NCBI GenBank assembly: GCA_965248435.1
Contig: OZ252100.1
Location: 3,840,001-3,904,000 of the forward strand
DNA: 64,000 bases
Direction of reading: 5' to 3'
Source: Candidatus Latescibacterota bacterium
GTDB taxonomy: Bacteria > Latescibacterota > UBA2968 > GCA-2709665
Shown in pieces: positions 36,558 through 47,885 of the stretch (the first letter of the stretch is position 1; every line of letters begins with the position of its first letter). The position numbers were made by a program, and so were the translations under genes. A model generated the notes under the pieces. That model was not told the origin of the DNA, made no database searches, and saw only the letters and a program-made list of their open reading frames with translations.

Positions 36558-38663
36558 ATGGAAGAAAAGCACGTAGAATTGGGTAATGACAGAATTTCGC
36601 TCAAGGCGACTGCTGCTGAATCTGGGGTGAGTGTCGATCTGCGGAGTGCAGGAACCGGGTTCAGCTACGCAGAAGGCATGTGTGTCTATCGGCTGAGCAA
36701 GAGAACTGAAGAGGGTATCCTGTTGGGCGAGGGCCTTAAGGACGTACACCTCGATATCGTTGACCAAAAGTGCGCAATTGTTGGCAAGCTCCTCGGGCTC
36801 GAAGTAAGGCACCAGCTCGAATGCGATCAGAAGAGCCATAGAATCGCAGAGTGCATCTCCATTACCAATCCGGGAAGATCCGAAGAGACGCTCATCGATT
36901 TTGCCTTCGGCCTCACCAGACCCATAGCCAATTCCGTAGGGACCGTCCATCCGGACCTGCGCGACGACCGCTTTGTGGCGATTCCGTTTCGCCACACCCC
37001 TATGGATGAGGCGGATTTTGATCTCGATTTCGCTGTAGAGGATCTGATACGGACTCCAGGAAGAATGCAGCGGACCGGACCCGGACCCCTCGAGTATCCG
37101 CGCAGAGGTTTTGTAGCGGCGCCCTACTGGGCTTCAGAAGGTTGGGCCTGGATCAGGGAGGGTGAGGTTCTCCTGGTTGCCGCGTTTTCTCAAGAGCGTA
37201 TGTTTTGGAGCACAATCGCTCCTGAATTCGAACCAGAAGAAACATTTTTGCGATTCGGCGGAGCTTCCATGGCAGCCCTGGATCCCCACTCTCCGCTAGT
37301 TCTGCCGCCGGGGGGTTCTCTGAGCCTCGGTGTCGTTCAGTATGAGATTGCTCCGGGCGGTATAAATCAGGCTTGCTATGCCTTCAGATCACTGCTTGAC
37401 GAGAACGGCTGTCGATTTCCACCAGGTTACGATCCGCCGGTCCACTGGAACGAACTCTACGACAACCCTGAATGGTCTCTCGGTACTCCCGGCGCCCCTC
37501 CTGGAAAGCGAATGACCCGTCCCAAAACTTATACGAGGTCAATGCTCGAGGAGGAAGCGGCAAAGGCGCGTGATTACCGATGTGAGTCCCTCTATCTGGA
37601 TCCTGGCTGGGACACAGATTTCGGCACGCTTGTCTGGGGAGAACAGTGGTTGGGACCCAGAAAGGACTTCGTCGACGCCGTGCGCGAGCAGTACGGACTT
37701 GGGCTCTCCCTCCACTGCCCGCTCGCTACCTGGATGTCCAAAGACGGAAGGGGCGTGACCGATTGGTCTGAAGAATCCTTCCAGATGGATAACCAGGGCA
37801 ATGTCATTGATGGCGCGGTGTGTATTGGATCAAAGCAATACCTCGACGCTGCTGGGGAAAGACTTGTGTCCCACTGTGCCGACGGCGTTACGTTTCTCAT
37901 GTTCGATGGAAACTGGTGGAACGGCGGATGTTGGAATCCTAACCACGGGCATCCGGTGCCCTTCACTATGGAAGACCAAATCCAAGCCTGCGTAGACCTG
38001 GCAAAGAGAGTACACCGGGAGTATCCGGCGGTACTTATCGAAATGCACGATATGATCGCGGGCGGCACGCGCCAGAGATTCACTCCGGTATACTACAGGT
38101 ACGGTCTTCCCGGAAGCTACGACGAGAACTGGGGCTTCGAGCTCATGTGGAAAGCCATGGCCGACATTAAGACGGGGAGGGCAAGATCTCTCTTCTATTA
38201 CAATCTGGCCTGCAACGTACCGGTCTATCTGCACGTTGATCTCAGGGACGACAATTTAAACTGTCTGCTCTTGTGGTGGTATGCTTCGACCTGCAGACAT
38301 CTGGGAATCGGCGGCACTCACCCAGTTCCGGAAGTCGCGGAAGCACAGAAACGGGCGATGGCCACCTATGCTCGCTACAGCAGGTTCTTCAAGCGCGGCG
38401 ATTTCTTTGCCATGAATGAGGAGGTGCACATCCACGTCCTCCCGGACGAGAACAGTTTTGTGGTGAATCTGTTCAATCTAAGCGATCAAGAGCGGGAGAT
38501 CGGTGGGAGCATATCGGTGGAAGAAATGGGGATTCAGAAAGACCTCTGGTATCACGCCCCAAAAGGCGGTCGTTTTTACTCGGAACCAGGCCGGTTTACG
38601 ATCAGCCGTAAGCTCGGTCCGTGGTCCGCGGAGCTGGCGTTTGCCCACTCCATAGAGAGCTAG
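36558..38663 (+). CDS. Glycoside hydrolase-like TIM-barrel protein (GH36/alpha-galactosidase-like)
   Basis: LYLDPGW, FLMFDG, VLIEMH pattern. Confidence 0.55.
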   Translation: MEEKHVELGNDRISLKATAAESGVSVDLRSAGTGFSYAEGMCVYRLSKRTEEGILLGEGLKDVHLDIVDQKCAIVGKLLGLEVRHQLECDQKSHRIAECISITNPGRSEETLIDFAFGLTRPIANSVGTVHPDLRDDRFVAIPFRHTPMDEADFDLDFAVEDLIRTPGRMQRTGPGPLEYPRRGFVAAPYWASEGWAWIREGEVLLVAAFSQERMFWSTIAPEFEPEETFLRFGGASMAALDPHSPLVLPPGGSLSLGVVQYEIAPGGINQACYAFRSLLDENGCRFPPGYDPPVHWNELYDNPEWSLGTPGAPPGKRMTRPKTYTRSMLEEEAAKARDYRCESLYLDPGWDTDFGTLVWGEQWLGPRKDFVDAVREQYGLGLSLHCPLATWMSKDGRGVTDWSEESFQMDNQGNVIDGAVCIGSKQYLDAAGERLVSHCADGVTFLMFDGNWWNGGCWNPNHGHPVPFTMEDQIQACVDLAKRVHREYPAVLIEMHDMIAGGTRQRFTPVYYRYGLPGSYDENWGFELMWKAMADIKTGRARSLFYYNLACNVPVYLHVDLRDDNLNCLLLWWYASTCRHLGIGGTHPVPEVAEAQKRAMATYARYSRFFKRGDFFAMNEEVHIHVLPDENSFVVNLFNLSDQEREIGGSISVEEMGIQKDLWYHAPKGGRFYSEPGRFTISRKLGPWSAELAFAHSIES

Positions 38664-38699
38664 CCGTCAGACCAGCTACTTCTCGAATGGCGCGAGCAC

Positions 38700-38860
38700 C
38701 TCGCACTCTGTTCGATACCACCACATTGTCCTCAAGCCGGATGCCTCCCATCTCCGGGTAGGTGATCCCAGGTTCAACGCTGTGCAGCATGCCGGGCTCG
38801 AGGACCACATCACTTCCAGGACAGATCAGGGGCACAGGTTCGCGCAACCCGAATCCCAAG
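38700..38860 (-). pseudogene. C-terminal remnant of an M24 (Xaa-Pro) peptidase
   Basis: GFGLREP..LEPGMLHSVEPGITYPEMGGIRLEDNVVV; the rest of the gene is absent. Confidence 0.75.
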
Positions 38861-38899
38861 CCGGCTCGGTCACACGAAGAAACTCGTCGCTAGGAGCTG

Positions 38900-39937
38900 A
38901 TGCGCATGAGCACCCGAACAGCCGTTGTCGGCGCCGGCGCCATGGGCAAGGGACACCTGCGGGCGCTGAACGGTCTCGACACCGCGCAGGTAGTCGCGCT
39001 GGTCGATCCCAACGCCGAGACGCTGGCCGCCGTAGCGGCGGAACACGAAGTGCCGGCGACCTACGCCGACGTTCCCAGCATGCTCGAGGCCGAGAAACCC
39101 GAATACGTCGTCGTCGCCTCGCCGGTGCTCTACCACGCCGAGCAGAGCATCGCCGCCTTCGAGGCCGGCGCCCATGTCCTGTGCGAGAAGCCCCTGAGCA
39201 TGGACATGGCCGAGGCCGAGGCCATCGTCGCTGCGTGCAAACGCGCCGGACGGTTGTTCACCATGGGTTTCCAGTTCCGTCAGAGCCGCGCCTACCGGGC
39301 GCTCAAAGCCTTCGTCGAGGCGGAGCGACTGGGCCCCGTGTATCACTCGCGCGTCTGGAGCGGGCACATTATGAACTACCCGTGGGGTCGCTACCACCAC
39401 AAGAAGGAGTACTCCTTCGGCGGTGTTATGGCGACCACCGTCGTCCACATCCTGGACGCCGCCATGTGGGTCCTGGGATCGCCGCAACCCGTGACGGTGA
39501 GCGCCAGCGCCTTCCGCAGACTGGACAAGCTCCCCGATCCGCCCATCAGCTTCGAGGGCACCCCGGCCGATGTGACCGTCGAGGACTTCAGTCACGCCCA
39601 CGTGCGTTTCTCCGACGGCTCCTCCATGTCCATCGAGGGCAACTGGCTCATGCACCCCAGCGACCACCGCACAGGTTTCGAACTGCACGGCGTGCTGGGA
39701 GTGGCCAGGGACAACGGCGAGGCCGTGGAGCTGGAGAAGAAGAGCGACATCATCCTCGAGAAGCTGAACGTCGAGGAGGGGCCGGCCGATCGAACCGCCG
39801 CAGAGCACGAGGAGTTCATCGCCGCCATCGGCGGATCCGGCGAGCCCCAGGTGAGCTTCAAAGAGGCGCTGAGCGTGCAGCGCATCCTCGTTGGCATCTA
39901 CCGATCGGCAGAGGCCAGCGCCGAGGTGGAGGTCTAG
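38900..39937 (+). CDS. Gfo/Idh/MocA oxidoreductase
   Basis: VVGAGAMG, HVLCEKP, HILD. Confidence 0.92.
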   Translation: MRMSTRTAVVGAGAMGKGHLRALNGLDTAQVVALVDPNAETLAAVAAEHEVPATYADVPSMLEAEKPEYVVVASPVLYHAEQSIAAFEAGAHVLCEKPLSMDMAEAEAIVAACKRAGRLFTMGFQFRQSRAYRALKAFVEAERLGPVYHSRVWSGHIMNYPWGRYHHKKEYSFGGVMATTVVHILDAAMWVLGSPQPVTVSASAFRRLDKLPDPPISFEGTPADVTVEDFSHAHVRFSDGSSMSIEGNWLMHPSDHRTGFELHGVLGVARDNGEAVELEKKSDIILEKLNVEEGPADRTAAEHEEFIAAIGGSGEPQVSFKEALSVQRILVGIYRSAEASAEVEV

Positions 39938-39953
39938 GCATCCACGTCCTCGC

Positions 39954-40949
39954 TTACCTACCCTGCGTCGCCCGCAGCAGCGACTCCTGAACCTGCCGGT
40001 CATGGTCTAGTGAACGGTCCGGCTCCTTTTGGCCACGCAGCACAGCCAGAAATGATCCCAGCTCCAAATCGTAAAGCCGCTGGCGCGATTGTGGCTCAAC
40101 CTGCACGATTTGCGATCCGGCCTGATAGCCATCTCTTGCTTCTGCCAGACACAGCCGAATCGACTCAGCCGGTTCAAATGGCTCCATGATGATGGCGCTG
40201 CCCTCGGTGCCGTAGACCTCGAAGCGGCGGGCCATGGGGCGAGTTTCCAGGGCGGCGATGTCGATGGTGGCCATGGCCTGCTCAAATTCAAAGACGACCA
40301 GGGTGTTGTCGGCAAAATTTGGCACAGGCACACCATCCTGGCGAAAGAAGGGGGTCACCTTAGCTGGGCGACCCAGCAGCCAGACAATCTGGTCCAGCAT
40401 ATGACCGGCCAAATCGTAGAAGATGCCGCCCTGATGACGGCTGATGGTTTCACGCTGTTCGATGGTCAGCCAGGTGGACATGTGTGCGCGCACCGAAAAT
40501 ACCCGGCCCAGCAAGCCCGACTTGACCCAATCGGCAATTCGGCCGAAACCGTTGTGGTAGCGAAACATGTAGCCCATCTGAATAAACAGATCGTTTTCTT
40601 CAGCCAGGTCGGCCACGCGTTGCCAGTGCGTCAAATCATCGCCGGCGGGCTTATCGTACCAGACGTGCTTCCCGGCACGAATGATTTGCTCGGTCTGGGC
40701 CAGGCTTTCGTCGTTTCTCCCCTCGGAGGCGACCGCCACAATCGAGGCATCGCCCAACATCGCCTCGGCACTCTCAAACCAGTGAACCCCGGCAAACGGT
40801 CCAGCCGCTTTCTCCAGCACCTCCAGCCGGGCCGGGTCCGGCTCAAAGACGCCTACCATCTCTACCTCTGGATTCTCGCACATCGAGATCAACTTGCCGG
40901 CGGCGTGGCCATGTTTGGTGCTGTATTGGGCCATTCGGATGGGGGGCAT
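39954..40949 (-). CDS. Gfo/Idh/MocA oxidoreductase
   Basis: GKHVWYDKP, GYMFRY, GGIFYDLAGHMLD. Confidence 0.88.
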   Translation of the reverse strand: MPPIRMAQYSTKHGHAAGKLISMCENPEVEMVGVFEPDPARLEVLEKAAGPFAGVHWFESAEAMLGDASIVAVASEGRNDESLAQTEQIIRAGKHVWYDKPAGDDLTHWQRVADLAEENDLFIQMGYMFRYHNGFGRIADWVKSGLLGRVFSVRAHMSTWLTIEQRETISRHQGGIFYDLAGHMLDQIVWLLGRPAKVTPFFRQDGVPVPNFADNTLVVFEFEQAMATIDIAALETRPMARRFEVYGTEGSAIIMEPFEPAESIRLCLAEARDGYQAGSQIVQVEPQSRQRLYDLELGSFLAVLRGQKEPDRSLDHDRQVQESLLRATQGR

Positions 40950-41049
40950 GGGGTGTCTCCTGGATGGATAGTGACGATTGGCTATTGATAATTGACTTCG
41001 GCGATGAGTTGCGGCCGCCTGGGTCTGTCTGCAGACGCACGTTACAATG

Positions 41050-41977
41050 TCCGGCCTGCCTTGCTCTGGCGGTTTCAGAGGATCTGAGGAATTGGGAAAT
41101 GAAATCCCCTTTCTATGCCCCGAATGTCCATTTTCACGCCCTTGAATGCCCCGATATTTTCAACGCTCAAGGTCGATGGTACGCAATTTACACTTCCGAT
41201 CGACGCACATTTTATCGAACGGTCGATAAGATCACGGGTCCCTGGCAAGCGGTGGGACCCGATAGTGCCGATCATTATTTTAAAGGAATTTATGCCCCCA
41301 AAACATTGAGTGACGGACAACGCCGTTTTCTATTTGGTTGGATTGGGACACGATCGGGGGAAAACGATGATGGCGATCACGAATGGGGTGGCGATATGTT
41401 GATTCCGAGAGAGCTGTTGCCGCTGCCGGGCGGCGAATTGGCCCAAATCTGCCCGGCTGAAATTTTGGCCGCTTGCGGACCAAATCTAGAGATTGAAATA
41501 GACTCTCGGTTAGGACATTGGCAACGGTTACCAGAGAAGATGCACGGCCAACGAGTAGACGGTCTTGCCTATGCCGCCTTGAACAACGCTCCCTCGAGCT
41601 ATCTTCTGGAATGTTCGGTGACCTTTGCTCCAGGGACCAATGCCGCCGGGATCATGTTTCGGGCTCATCATAAGTTGAGTACTTGTCATTCCTTACGCCT
41701 GGAACCCGTCTGGCATCGAGTCGTTTTGGAACGTTGGGAGTTAACACCACGGAAAAACCGCACCACTATTTTGGCAGAACGACCATTGACCACGATTCCG
41801 GGCAAATCCGTTTCCGTCCAATTATTTGTCGGCGGTGATATCATTGAAGCATTCATTGACGGCCGTTCAGCATTGTGTGGTCGAGGATACGATTTTCAAT
41901 CAGGCGAGAGCGGCTTATTTGTGGAGCACGGGGAAGCGGCATTTTCCCATGTCCATTTACGACAACTGCCCGTGTAG
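41050..41977 (+). pseudogene. 5'-truncated GH32-like glycosidase
   Basis: LECPDIF, YAPKT, GWIG, PREL and a C-terminal beta-sandwich; N-terminal propeller blades and a credible start are missing. Confidence 0.65.
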
Positions 41978-42152
41978 GCAACCACAATCTAGACCCGCAA
42001 CATATACATACCTAAATTGAGCGATCCTTCTCTCCTGGGGTGAATATGAAGAATCCACTTTGAAGTTTCCTGCTGTCTGTGAAACTCGCGAAAAAGATCG
42101 CGCCAAACCGTCGGGGCCGCGGTGTGCGACTCCCTTGCAGTGATGCATCTTG

Positions 42153-42256
42153 AAATCCCCCTTTAACAAAGGGGGAAGAATTAACTTTCTGAGTAGAGAA
42201 TCCACATCATTTAGAGCAATGTCCCCCCTTTGGAAAAGGGGGGCAGGGGGGATTTA
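42153..42256. repeat. REP-like palindromes (CCCCCTTT..AAAGGGGG)
   Basis: Two GC-clamped hairpins; similar ones at about 50775-50945. Confidence 0.55.
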
Positions 42257-42819
42257 TTTTAATGTCAATTCCTTCTTGTGGCGAGAGACTGTGTGAATAG
42301 TCAAATCTGAGCGAGAGGCCATACTGTATATTGATTTGATCCAAAGAAAATGTCTATATATGGTATCCGATAATGTGATAAATGGAGTTTTCACACAGTC
42401 TCGGCGAGCAAGAAAAGCATGCCCTGAGCTTGCCGAAGGGTAGGCCGCCGGAGGCATGATGTTTAGGAGGTTGTATTTCAGCACGGGAGATCGCCTCACT
42501 TGATGAGTGAAACATTGTTGACCATTACAGACCTCTGATGGGCCTTTATCATTACGCTTTCTGAAACAATTTCCTTATATCTTGAAGTTAAAACCGCTCA
42601 ACTTGGGACATATTTATTTTATTCAGTCTTCACATTCATCAATCGGTTTTTGTTTTCGCCGATTTCGGTCAAACATTCAGTCAAGGTGTCGAGGTTTCCA
42701 CGACAGACACGACACCCAGGAATATCGGCACGGACAGACAGCTTTTCGTAGACGACTTCTGGATCGCTGAATCGAACGGAGTCTCCCGAAGACTTCACTC
42801 TCAGCCAAGCGTGCGACGG

Positions 42820-44079
42820 TCACTTCTGGGTGACCTCGGATCGGCCACACCAGGCCAGGACGAAATTTACCAGCGATTTGAGCATGGGGCTAAGGTCTTT
42901 CAATTCGTAATACTCGTCGTAACCGTGGTCGCCGCCGCCACCGCCCGGTCCATAGAAGATTGCGTTGGCACAGCCCAGGAGCACCATGTCACCCCAGCCG
43001 CCGATCCAGCGGCTGACCAGAGGCGTGCCAGACCCTTGCTGGTGCGCCTGCGCTAACATTCGAAAGAAGTCTGTAGATTCATCGGTAATCATGGCCGGAA
43101 CTTCCAATGGCCCCCAATGCAACTCGGGCGGATGTTGTCTGAGCCAGGCAATGGTCTCGGCCGCCGTTTGCAGATGCTGGCCGAAAAGGCGCTTATATTC
43201 CTCCAGTGTCAGAGGTGGCGGCACACTGCAGTAGCCGTGCAAAACACATTCCTCAGGCACGTTGCTGAACCATCCTGCACTCTGCATCTCGGTAGCCACA
43301 ATGTTGGCAGGCGGCCAGCGTGGATCTACGTGACGCGCTTTAAGCAGGTCGCGCACCTGCTGCTCCAACGTGCCCAGGCTTTGAATCAGTCGCCCCATCA
43401 ACTCGATGGGGTTGGCCTCATGGGCAGGGCCCTGCGCCGAACCGAAAGGACCTTCGATGCAAATCGTAAAGTTGAGCACACCAGGATGACCGGTAATGCA
43501 ACGATTGGCCTTATTACCATCAATTAACAGGTGCCCGTCCGGCTGCACAGACTTGGGTCGTTTAAGATATGACCTCATACCCCCGCACGAAAATTCTTCC
43601 TCGGTGGTCACGAGAAAATGAAGATCGCCAGCTGTCGTCACCTCCAACTGTTGGAGCAGGTCGGCCACCATCCACAGCATTGCGGCGCCCACCCGGTCAT
43701 CGTGCGCCCCCCGGGCATACACCCGACCCTCGCGAATCGTCCCAGACCATGGGCTATCGCTCCAGCGCTGCCGCTTGCCAGGCGGCACGGTGTCCATATG
43801 CGCTTCGAGCAACAGGCTGCGTCCCCCACCGCCACCTTTGCGGTGGGCAATGCAGTTGAGCGGCCGGCCGACCGGGGTGGGTTCGCCCAATCCCTCCCCT
43901 TCGAAAAATTCCATAGCGCATCCCTGCGCCGCCAGTTCCCGGCCGACCAAACGCACTGAATCATGTTCCCGCATGCGCTCATTGGGTATTCGTAGCAGTT
44001 GAACCAGGAAGTCGACGTATCGCTTTAGTGATAATTCCAGCACGTCTTCGAGTGTGTGATCTGAGTCCCTTTTGCGCAT
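42820..44079 (-). CDS. M20 metallopeptidase/deacylase (ArgE/DapE-like)
   Basis: AHMDTVP, YARGAHDD, TEEE, YGPG..HGYDE. Confidence 0.88.
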   Translation of the reverse strand: MRKRDSDHTLEDVLELSLKRYVDFLVQLLRIPNERMREHDSVRLVGRELAAQGCAMEFFEGEGLGEPTPVGRPLNCIAHRKGGGGGRSLLLEAHMDTVPPGKRQRWSDSPWSGTIREGRVYARGAHDDRVGAAMLWMVADLLQQLEVTTAGDLHFLVTTEEEFSCGGMRSYLKRPKSVQPDGHLLIDGNKANRCITGHPGVLNFTICIEGPFGSAQGPAHEANPIELMGRLIQSLGTLEQQVRDLLKARHVDPRWPPANIVATEMQSAGWFSNVPEECVLHGYCSVPPPLTLEEYKRLFGQHLQTAAETIAWLRQHPPELHWGPLEVPAMITDESTDFFRMLAQAHQQGSGTPLVSRWIGGWGDMVLLGCANAIFYGPGGGGGDHGYDEYYELKDLSPMLKSLVNFVLAWCGRSEVTQK

Positions 44080-44378
44080 ATTATGTATTGACCTGCTCCG
44101 CTCTCGAGGCGCGTGGGTTATTTTTAGGGTAATCCACCCCTGCAGACGTAGCTACCATCAAGGAATAGCATACATGGCTAAATATACGAAATACGATCTT
44201 GGTAGCCATCGCGGATCCCAGTCGGGCAATCCTGCACGTCCAGCAAGTGCCGAGTCGTCCCGGAGAACGGTATCGAGGCAAGCGAGCGCAAGCATTCGAA
44301 CGTGTCGAGGTGTTGGCTGCCAGAGGCTGGTCTGTTTAATCGTCAGGTGGATAAGAAACGGGAAAGGAGACTGCTGGC

Positions 44379-45959
44379 ATGCGTGTGGAACTCAGAGATG
44401 CACTGGAATTTCTTTATGTTGATTCGGTGGTGTCAGGATCCCTCCGTCGTTCCATGACCGTGGATGTGCCGCGGGGCGGGACGGGCAGCTTCCACGTTCT
44501 GCTTTGCGGACTCTCCAGGGGGAAAACCGTCCGTTTCGCGATTCGCAGAGATGGGAGGGTCGTGCGGAACGCCGAATGGTTTCGCCTGGTCGATGTGCCG
44601 GTGGAAAAAAACACAGGTCCTGTTCTCGGTGTGGAGAAACGCGGTGAGCGGAACCCGTTCGTCATCCGTCGCGCACCTTTTCGCGTCTATGACGCCATGG
44701 AACCTGTTCAGGGTTCTGTCCAGGCCGTTTCATCAACCATGGCGCTCCGCGCTCACCTTCCAGCGGGCAGGGGGAAGGCAGGGCAGCGTGAATACAGGGT
44801 GGAAATTGAGCACGAAAAAGAGACGCGCACCCTTTCATTCTGCATGCGCGTTCACAAACCTGTCGTGCCGGGCATTGGAAAGGATAGCTTTTTCATGACC
44901 CATTTCTATAACCTGGGTAACGTGGCGGGCAGGCACGGATTGCGGCAGTGGAGCGAACCACACTGGCGAATGATCCGGCGCTATGCCGATTTGATGGCGC
45001 ACGCGCGTCAGAACACCTTTCGCGTTGCTCTGAACGACATCTTCACAAAGAGAGGGAAAGCACCCAGCCTGGATCGAAACCGCCTGCGTCGTATCGTCAG
45101 GCTGTTCAGCGATGCTGGAATGTATTATATCGAAGGCGGCCACCTCGCCGGCAAAAGGGGAAACCCTTGGAAAGCGACGAAGTTCGACCTCGGCCTCAGC
45201 GGCCTGCCGGCCACTTCCGCTGAGGGGAATGCGAGCCTGGCCGGCATCACCCGGCAGCTTATGTGCGAGATCGAGCGAAATGGGTGGCAGAAGCGATGGA
45301 TACAGCACGTTGCCGATGAGCCGCTCGATCCGAGTGCGACAGACTTCAGGATCCTCGCGGGCATGGTGCGCAAGTACATGCCGGGACTGCCGCTTCTGGA
45401 TGCCACCCAGACCCGGGAGCCTGTCGGCTCGGTAGACATCTGGTGCCCGCAGCTTCAAGAATACCAGAAACACCGCAAGCATTTCGAGGCGCAGCGGGCC
45501 CTCGGTGACAGGGTGTGGTTCTACAATTGCCTCGAGCCAGGGGGTCCGTGGCTGAACCGGCACCTGGACGCGGAATTGCTGCGCCCCGCGCTTTTCGGGT
45601 GGGGCGCAGCACGGTTCCGTCTCGAAGGCTATCTTCATTGGGCTCTCAATTACTACAGGCCGCACCAGGATCCTTTCAAGCTGAGCGTTATCGAGCACCA
45701 TAGCGGCCTCAGCCTGCCTGCGGGGGAGACCCACATCGTCTATCCCGGACCCGCTGGGCCGTGGTCAAGCGTGAGGTTGGAGGCCCAGCGGGAGGGATTC
45801 GAGGACTACGAACTTTTGCGCAGGCTGCGTGTTCAGGACGAGGAAAGTGCAACCAAGATAATCCGCAGGGTCATCAGAGGTTTTGACAAATACACGAAGC
45901 GTGTGAGGACGTTCCGTTCGGCTCGCAGGGACATGCTTGAGGCACTCGCTCGCGACTGA
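44379..45959 (+). CDS. DUF4091/GH123-like protein
   Basis: ADEP, VWFYNC, GYLHWALN, IVYPG..SVRLEAQREGFEDYELL. Confidence 0.8.
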   Translation: MRVELRDALEFLYVDSVVSGSLRRSMTVDVPRGGTGSFHVLLCGLSRGKTVRFAIRRDGRVVRNAEWFRLVDVPVEKNTGPVLGVEKRGERNPFVIRRAPFRVYDAMEPVQGSVQAVSSTMALRAHLPAGRGKAGQREYRVEIEHEKETRTLSFCMRVHKPVVPGIGKDSFFMTHFYNLGNVAGRHGLRQWSEPHWRMIRRYADLMAHARQNTFRVALNDIFTKRGKAPSLDRNRLRRIVRLFSDAGMYYIEGGHLAGKRGNPWKATKFDLGLSGLPATSAEGNASLAGITRQLMCEIERNGWQKRWIQHVADEPLDPSATDFRILAGMVRKYMPGLPLLDATQTREPVGSVDIWCPQLQEYQKHRKHFEAQRALGDRVWFYNCLEPGGPWLNRHLDAELLRPALFGWGAARFRLEGYLHWALNYYRPHQDPFKLSVIEHHSGLSLPAGETHIVYPGPAGPWSSVRLEAQREGFEDYELLRRLRVQDEESATKIIRRVIRGFDKYTKRVRTFRSARRDMLEALARD

Positions 45960-46087
45960 TGTTGCTAACACGCATCAAGTGCCTGATCGACACCGTGCAG
46001 AAGATGTGAGCACACACCCGGGATGAGGGCGATTCCGGCACGAAGTTGCCCTAGACAAGGAAGCAGAGAGAGAAGAATAGGGAGAGC

Positions 46088-47629
46088 ATGGCTCAATACG
46101 ACGCGATCGTGGTCGGCGGAGGCCATAACGGACTCGTGGCTGCCAATTACATCGCCAGAGCGGGCATGTCGGTCCTGGTATTGGAACGCCGCGACTTCGT
46201 TGGTGGGGCATGCATTACAGAAGAACTGTTCCCCGGTTTCCGCGTATCCAGCTGCTCGTATATCTGCTATCTGCTACAAGAGAAGGTTATCGAGGACCTG
46301 GAACTCAGGAAGCACGGCTTCGAGGTGCATGCCCTCACGCCGTATCGCTTCCACCCCTTTCCGAACGGAGAGTATCTGCTGCACTGGCACGACGATGCCC
46401 GGACGGCCGACGAGATCCGCCGCATCTCGCCCCGTGATGCTGAAAGGTATCCCGAATGGGTCGCTTTCTGGGAGCGGGCTGCCGGCATCCTCAAACGGTA
46501 TTTTCTCGCTGAGCCTCCAACGATCACAGAGATCGCGGCCAGCGTCGAAGGCACACCAGATGAGCGGGTCTTCGAGCGGATGGTGACGGGAAACATGAAG
46601 GACCTCGTCGAGGAATACTTCGAGTCCGATCTCGTGCGTGCGAGCTACATCGATGCTCAGGATGCCGGCGATGTGAGCGCACCTGGCAGCGTCATGGCAG
46701 TTGCCTATTACAAGGTCGCTATACTGAGCGAGGAGAAGAACGTAGGAATACCCTATGGCGGCATGGGCGGTATCACGCAGGCGATGGCTCGGTCTGCTGA
46801 AGCGAGGGGCGTTGACATTCGGACCGGCGCAGAGATCCAGCGCATCGTGATTCACAACGGGCGTGCCGGCGGCGTTGTTCTGAACAACGGTGAGGAGATC
46901 GGCACCAGCGTGGTGGTCTCGAACGCCGACCCGAAGCGAACGTTTCTCGGACTCGTAGACCCTGCGGAACTCGAACCGGAGTTCGTGGAGAAGATCAAGC
47001 GACTGAAGAACGGCGTGACCTATCTCAAGTTCCACTGCGCGCTGAAGGAACTGCCCGATTTCTCAGCCCATCTGGGCAAAGACTTCGATCCACACTACCT
47101 GGCGCAGGCGCGCATATGTCCCTCCGTCGAGTATCACGAACAGAGCTGGGATGATGCCAGACGAGGTCTTCCGTCGAGTTGTCCCGTCATGTCGATTCAG
47201 ATCCCGTCCGTGTACGAGCACAGCCTGACCCCTCCCGGGCAGCACGTTATGTCCGTATGGGTGCTCTACGCGCCGCCACAGCTTCGAAATGGATCGTGGG
47301 ATGATGCGAACAGGCGAGTCGGAGAACACCTGATCGACACGATCAATGAATACGCGCCAAACTTTCGGGATGCGATCATCGACTGGAAGCTTTTCACGCC
47401 TCCAGATCTCGAACGCAGGGTGTATCTGACGAACGGGAGCATCCGTCATACAGACATCACGATCGATCAAATGCTGTCCAAGCGATTCGATGGCGGAGAA
47501 TCGGGCTACAGCACGCCGGTGAAGGGTCTCTATCTGTGCGGGGCTGGAACGCACCCCGGGGGAGAGGTCACCGGGGCACCGGGACATAACGCGGCGGAGG
47601 CTATTCTGAGGCTCGAATCGTGTTCGTAG
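46088..47629 (+). CDS. Phytoene-dehydrogenase-like FAD oxidoreductase
   Basis: VVGGGHNGLVAA, GGACITEE, LYLCGAGTHPGGEVTGAPGHNAA. Confidence 0.92.
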   Translation: MAQYDAIVVGGGHNGLVAANYIARAGMSVLVLERRDFVGGACITEELFPGFRVSSCSYICYLLQEKVIEDLELRKHGFEVHALTPYRFHPFPNGEYLLHWHDDARTADEIRRISPRDAERYPEWVAFWERAAGILKRYFLAEPPTITEIAASVEGTPDERVFERMVTGNMKDLVEEYFESDLVRASYIDAQDAGDVSAPGSVMAVAYYKVAILSEEKNVGIPYGGMGGITQAMARSAEARGVDIRTGAEIQRIVIHNGRAGGVVLNNGEEIGTSVVVSNADPKRTFLGLVDPAELEPEFVEKIKRLKNGVTYLKFHCALKELPDFSAHLGKDFDPHYLAQARICPSVEYHEQSWDDARRGLPSSCPVMSIQIPSVYEHSLTPPGQHVMSVWVLYAPPQLRNGSWDDANRRVGEHLIDTINEYAPNFRDAIIDWKLFTPPDLERRVYLTNGSIRHTDITIDQMLSKRFDGGESGYSTPVKGLYLCGAGTHPGGEVTGAPGHNAAEAILRLESCS

Positions 47630-47885
47630 AAAAGGACCTGAGTTTTTGGGTACCGGGAAGGCAAAACACGGGTGCCGGGGACCGTAAGACGGTGTTGCTT
47701 AGAGAAACGAACCAAATATTCCTGTTGACATCCCGCGGTTTTTAGGTTCTTTTTTTGCAGAAATTGTAGATTTTTCTGCACCCTAAACGATTTAGCCAAA
47801 CCGGACTTGAGTGAACCTTGACATCGCGTGAAACAAAGGGATCGCCTTCTTCTACTCGCCGGGAAGACCAGAAGGAGGATTCACG

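Noticed and set aside
45960-46010. GCTAACACG resembling the left end of another site
   Set aside because: No paired arms and no downstream GAACGTT.
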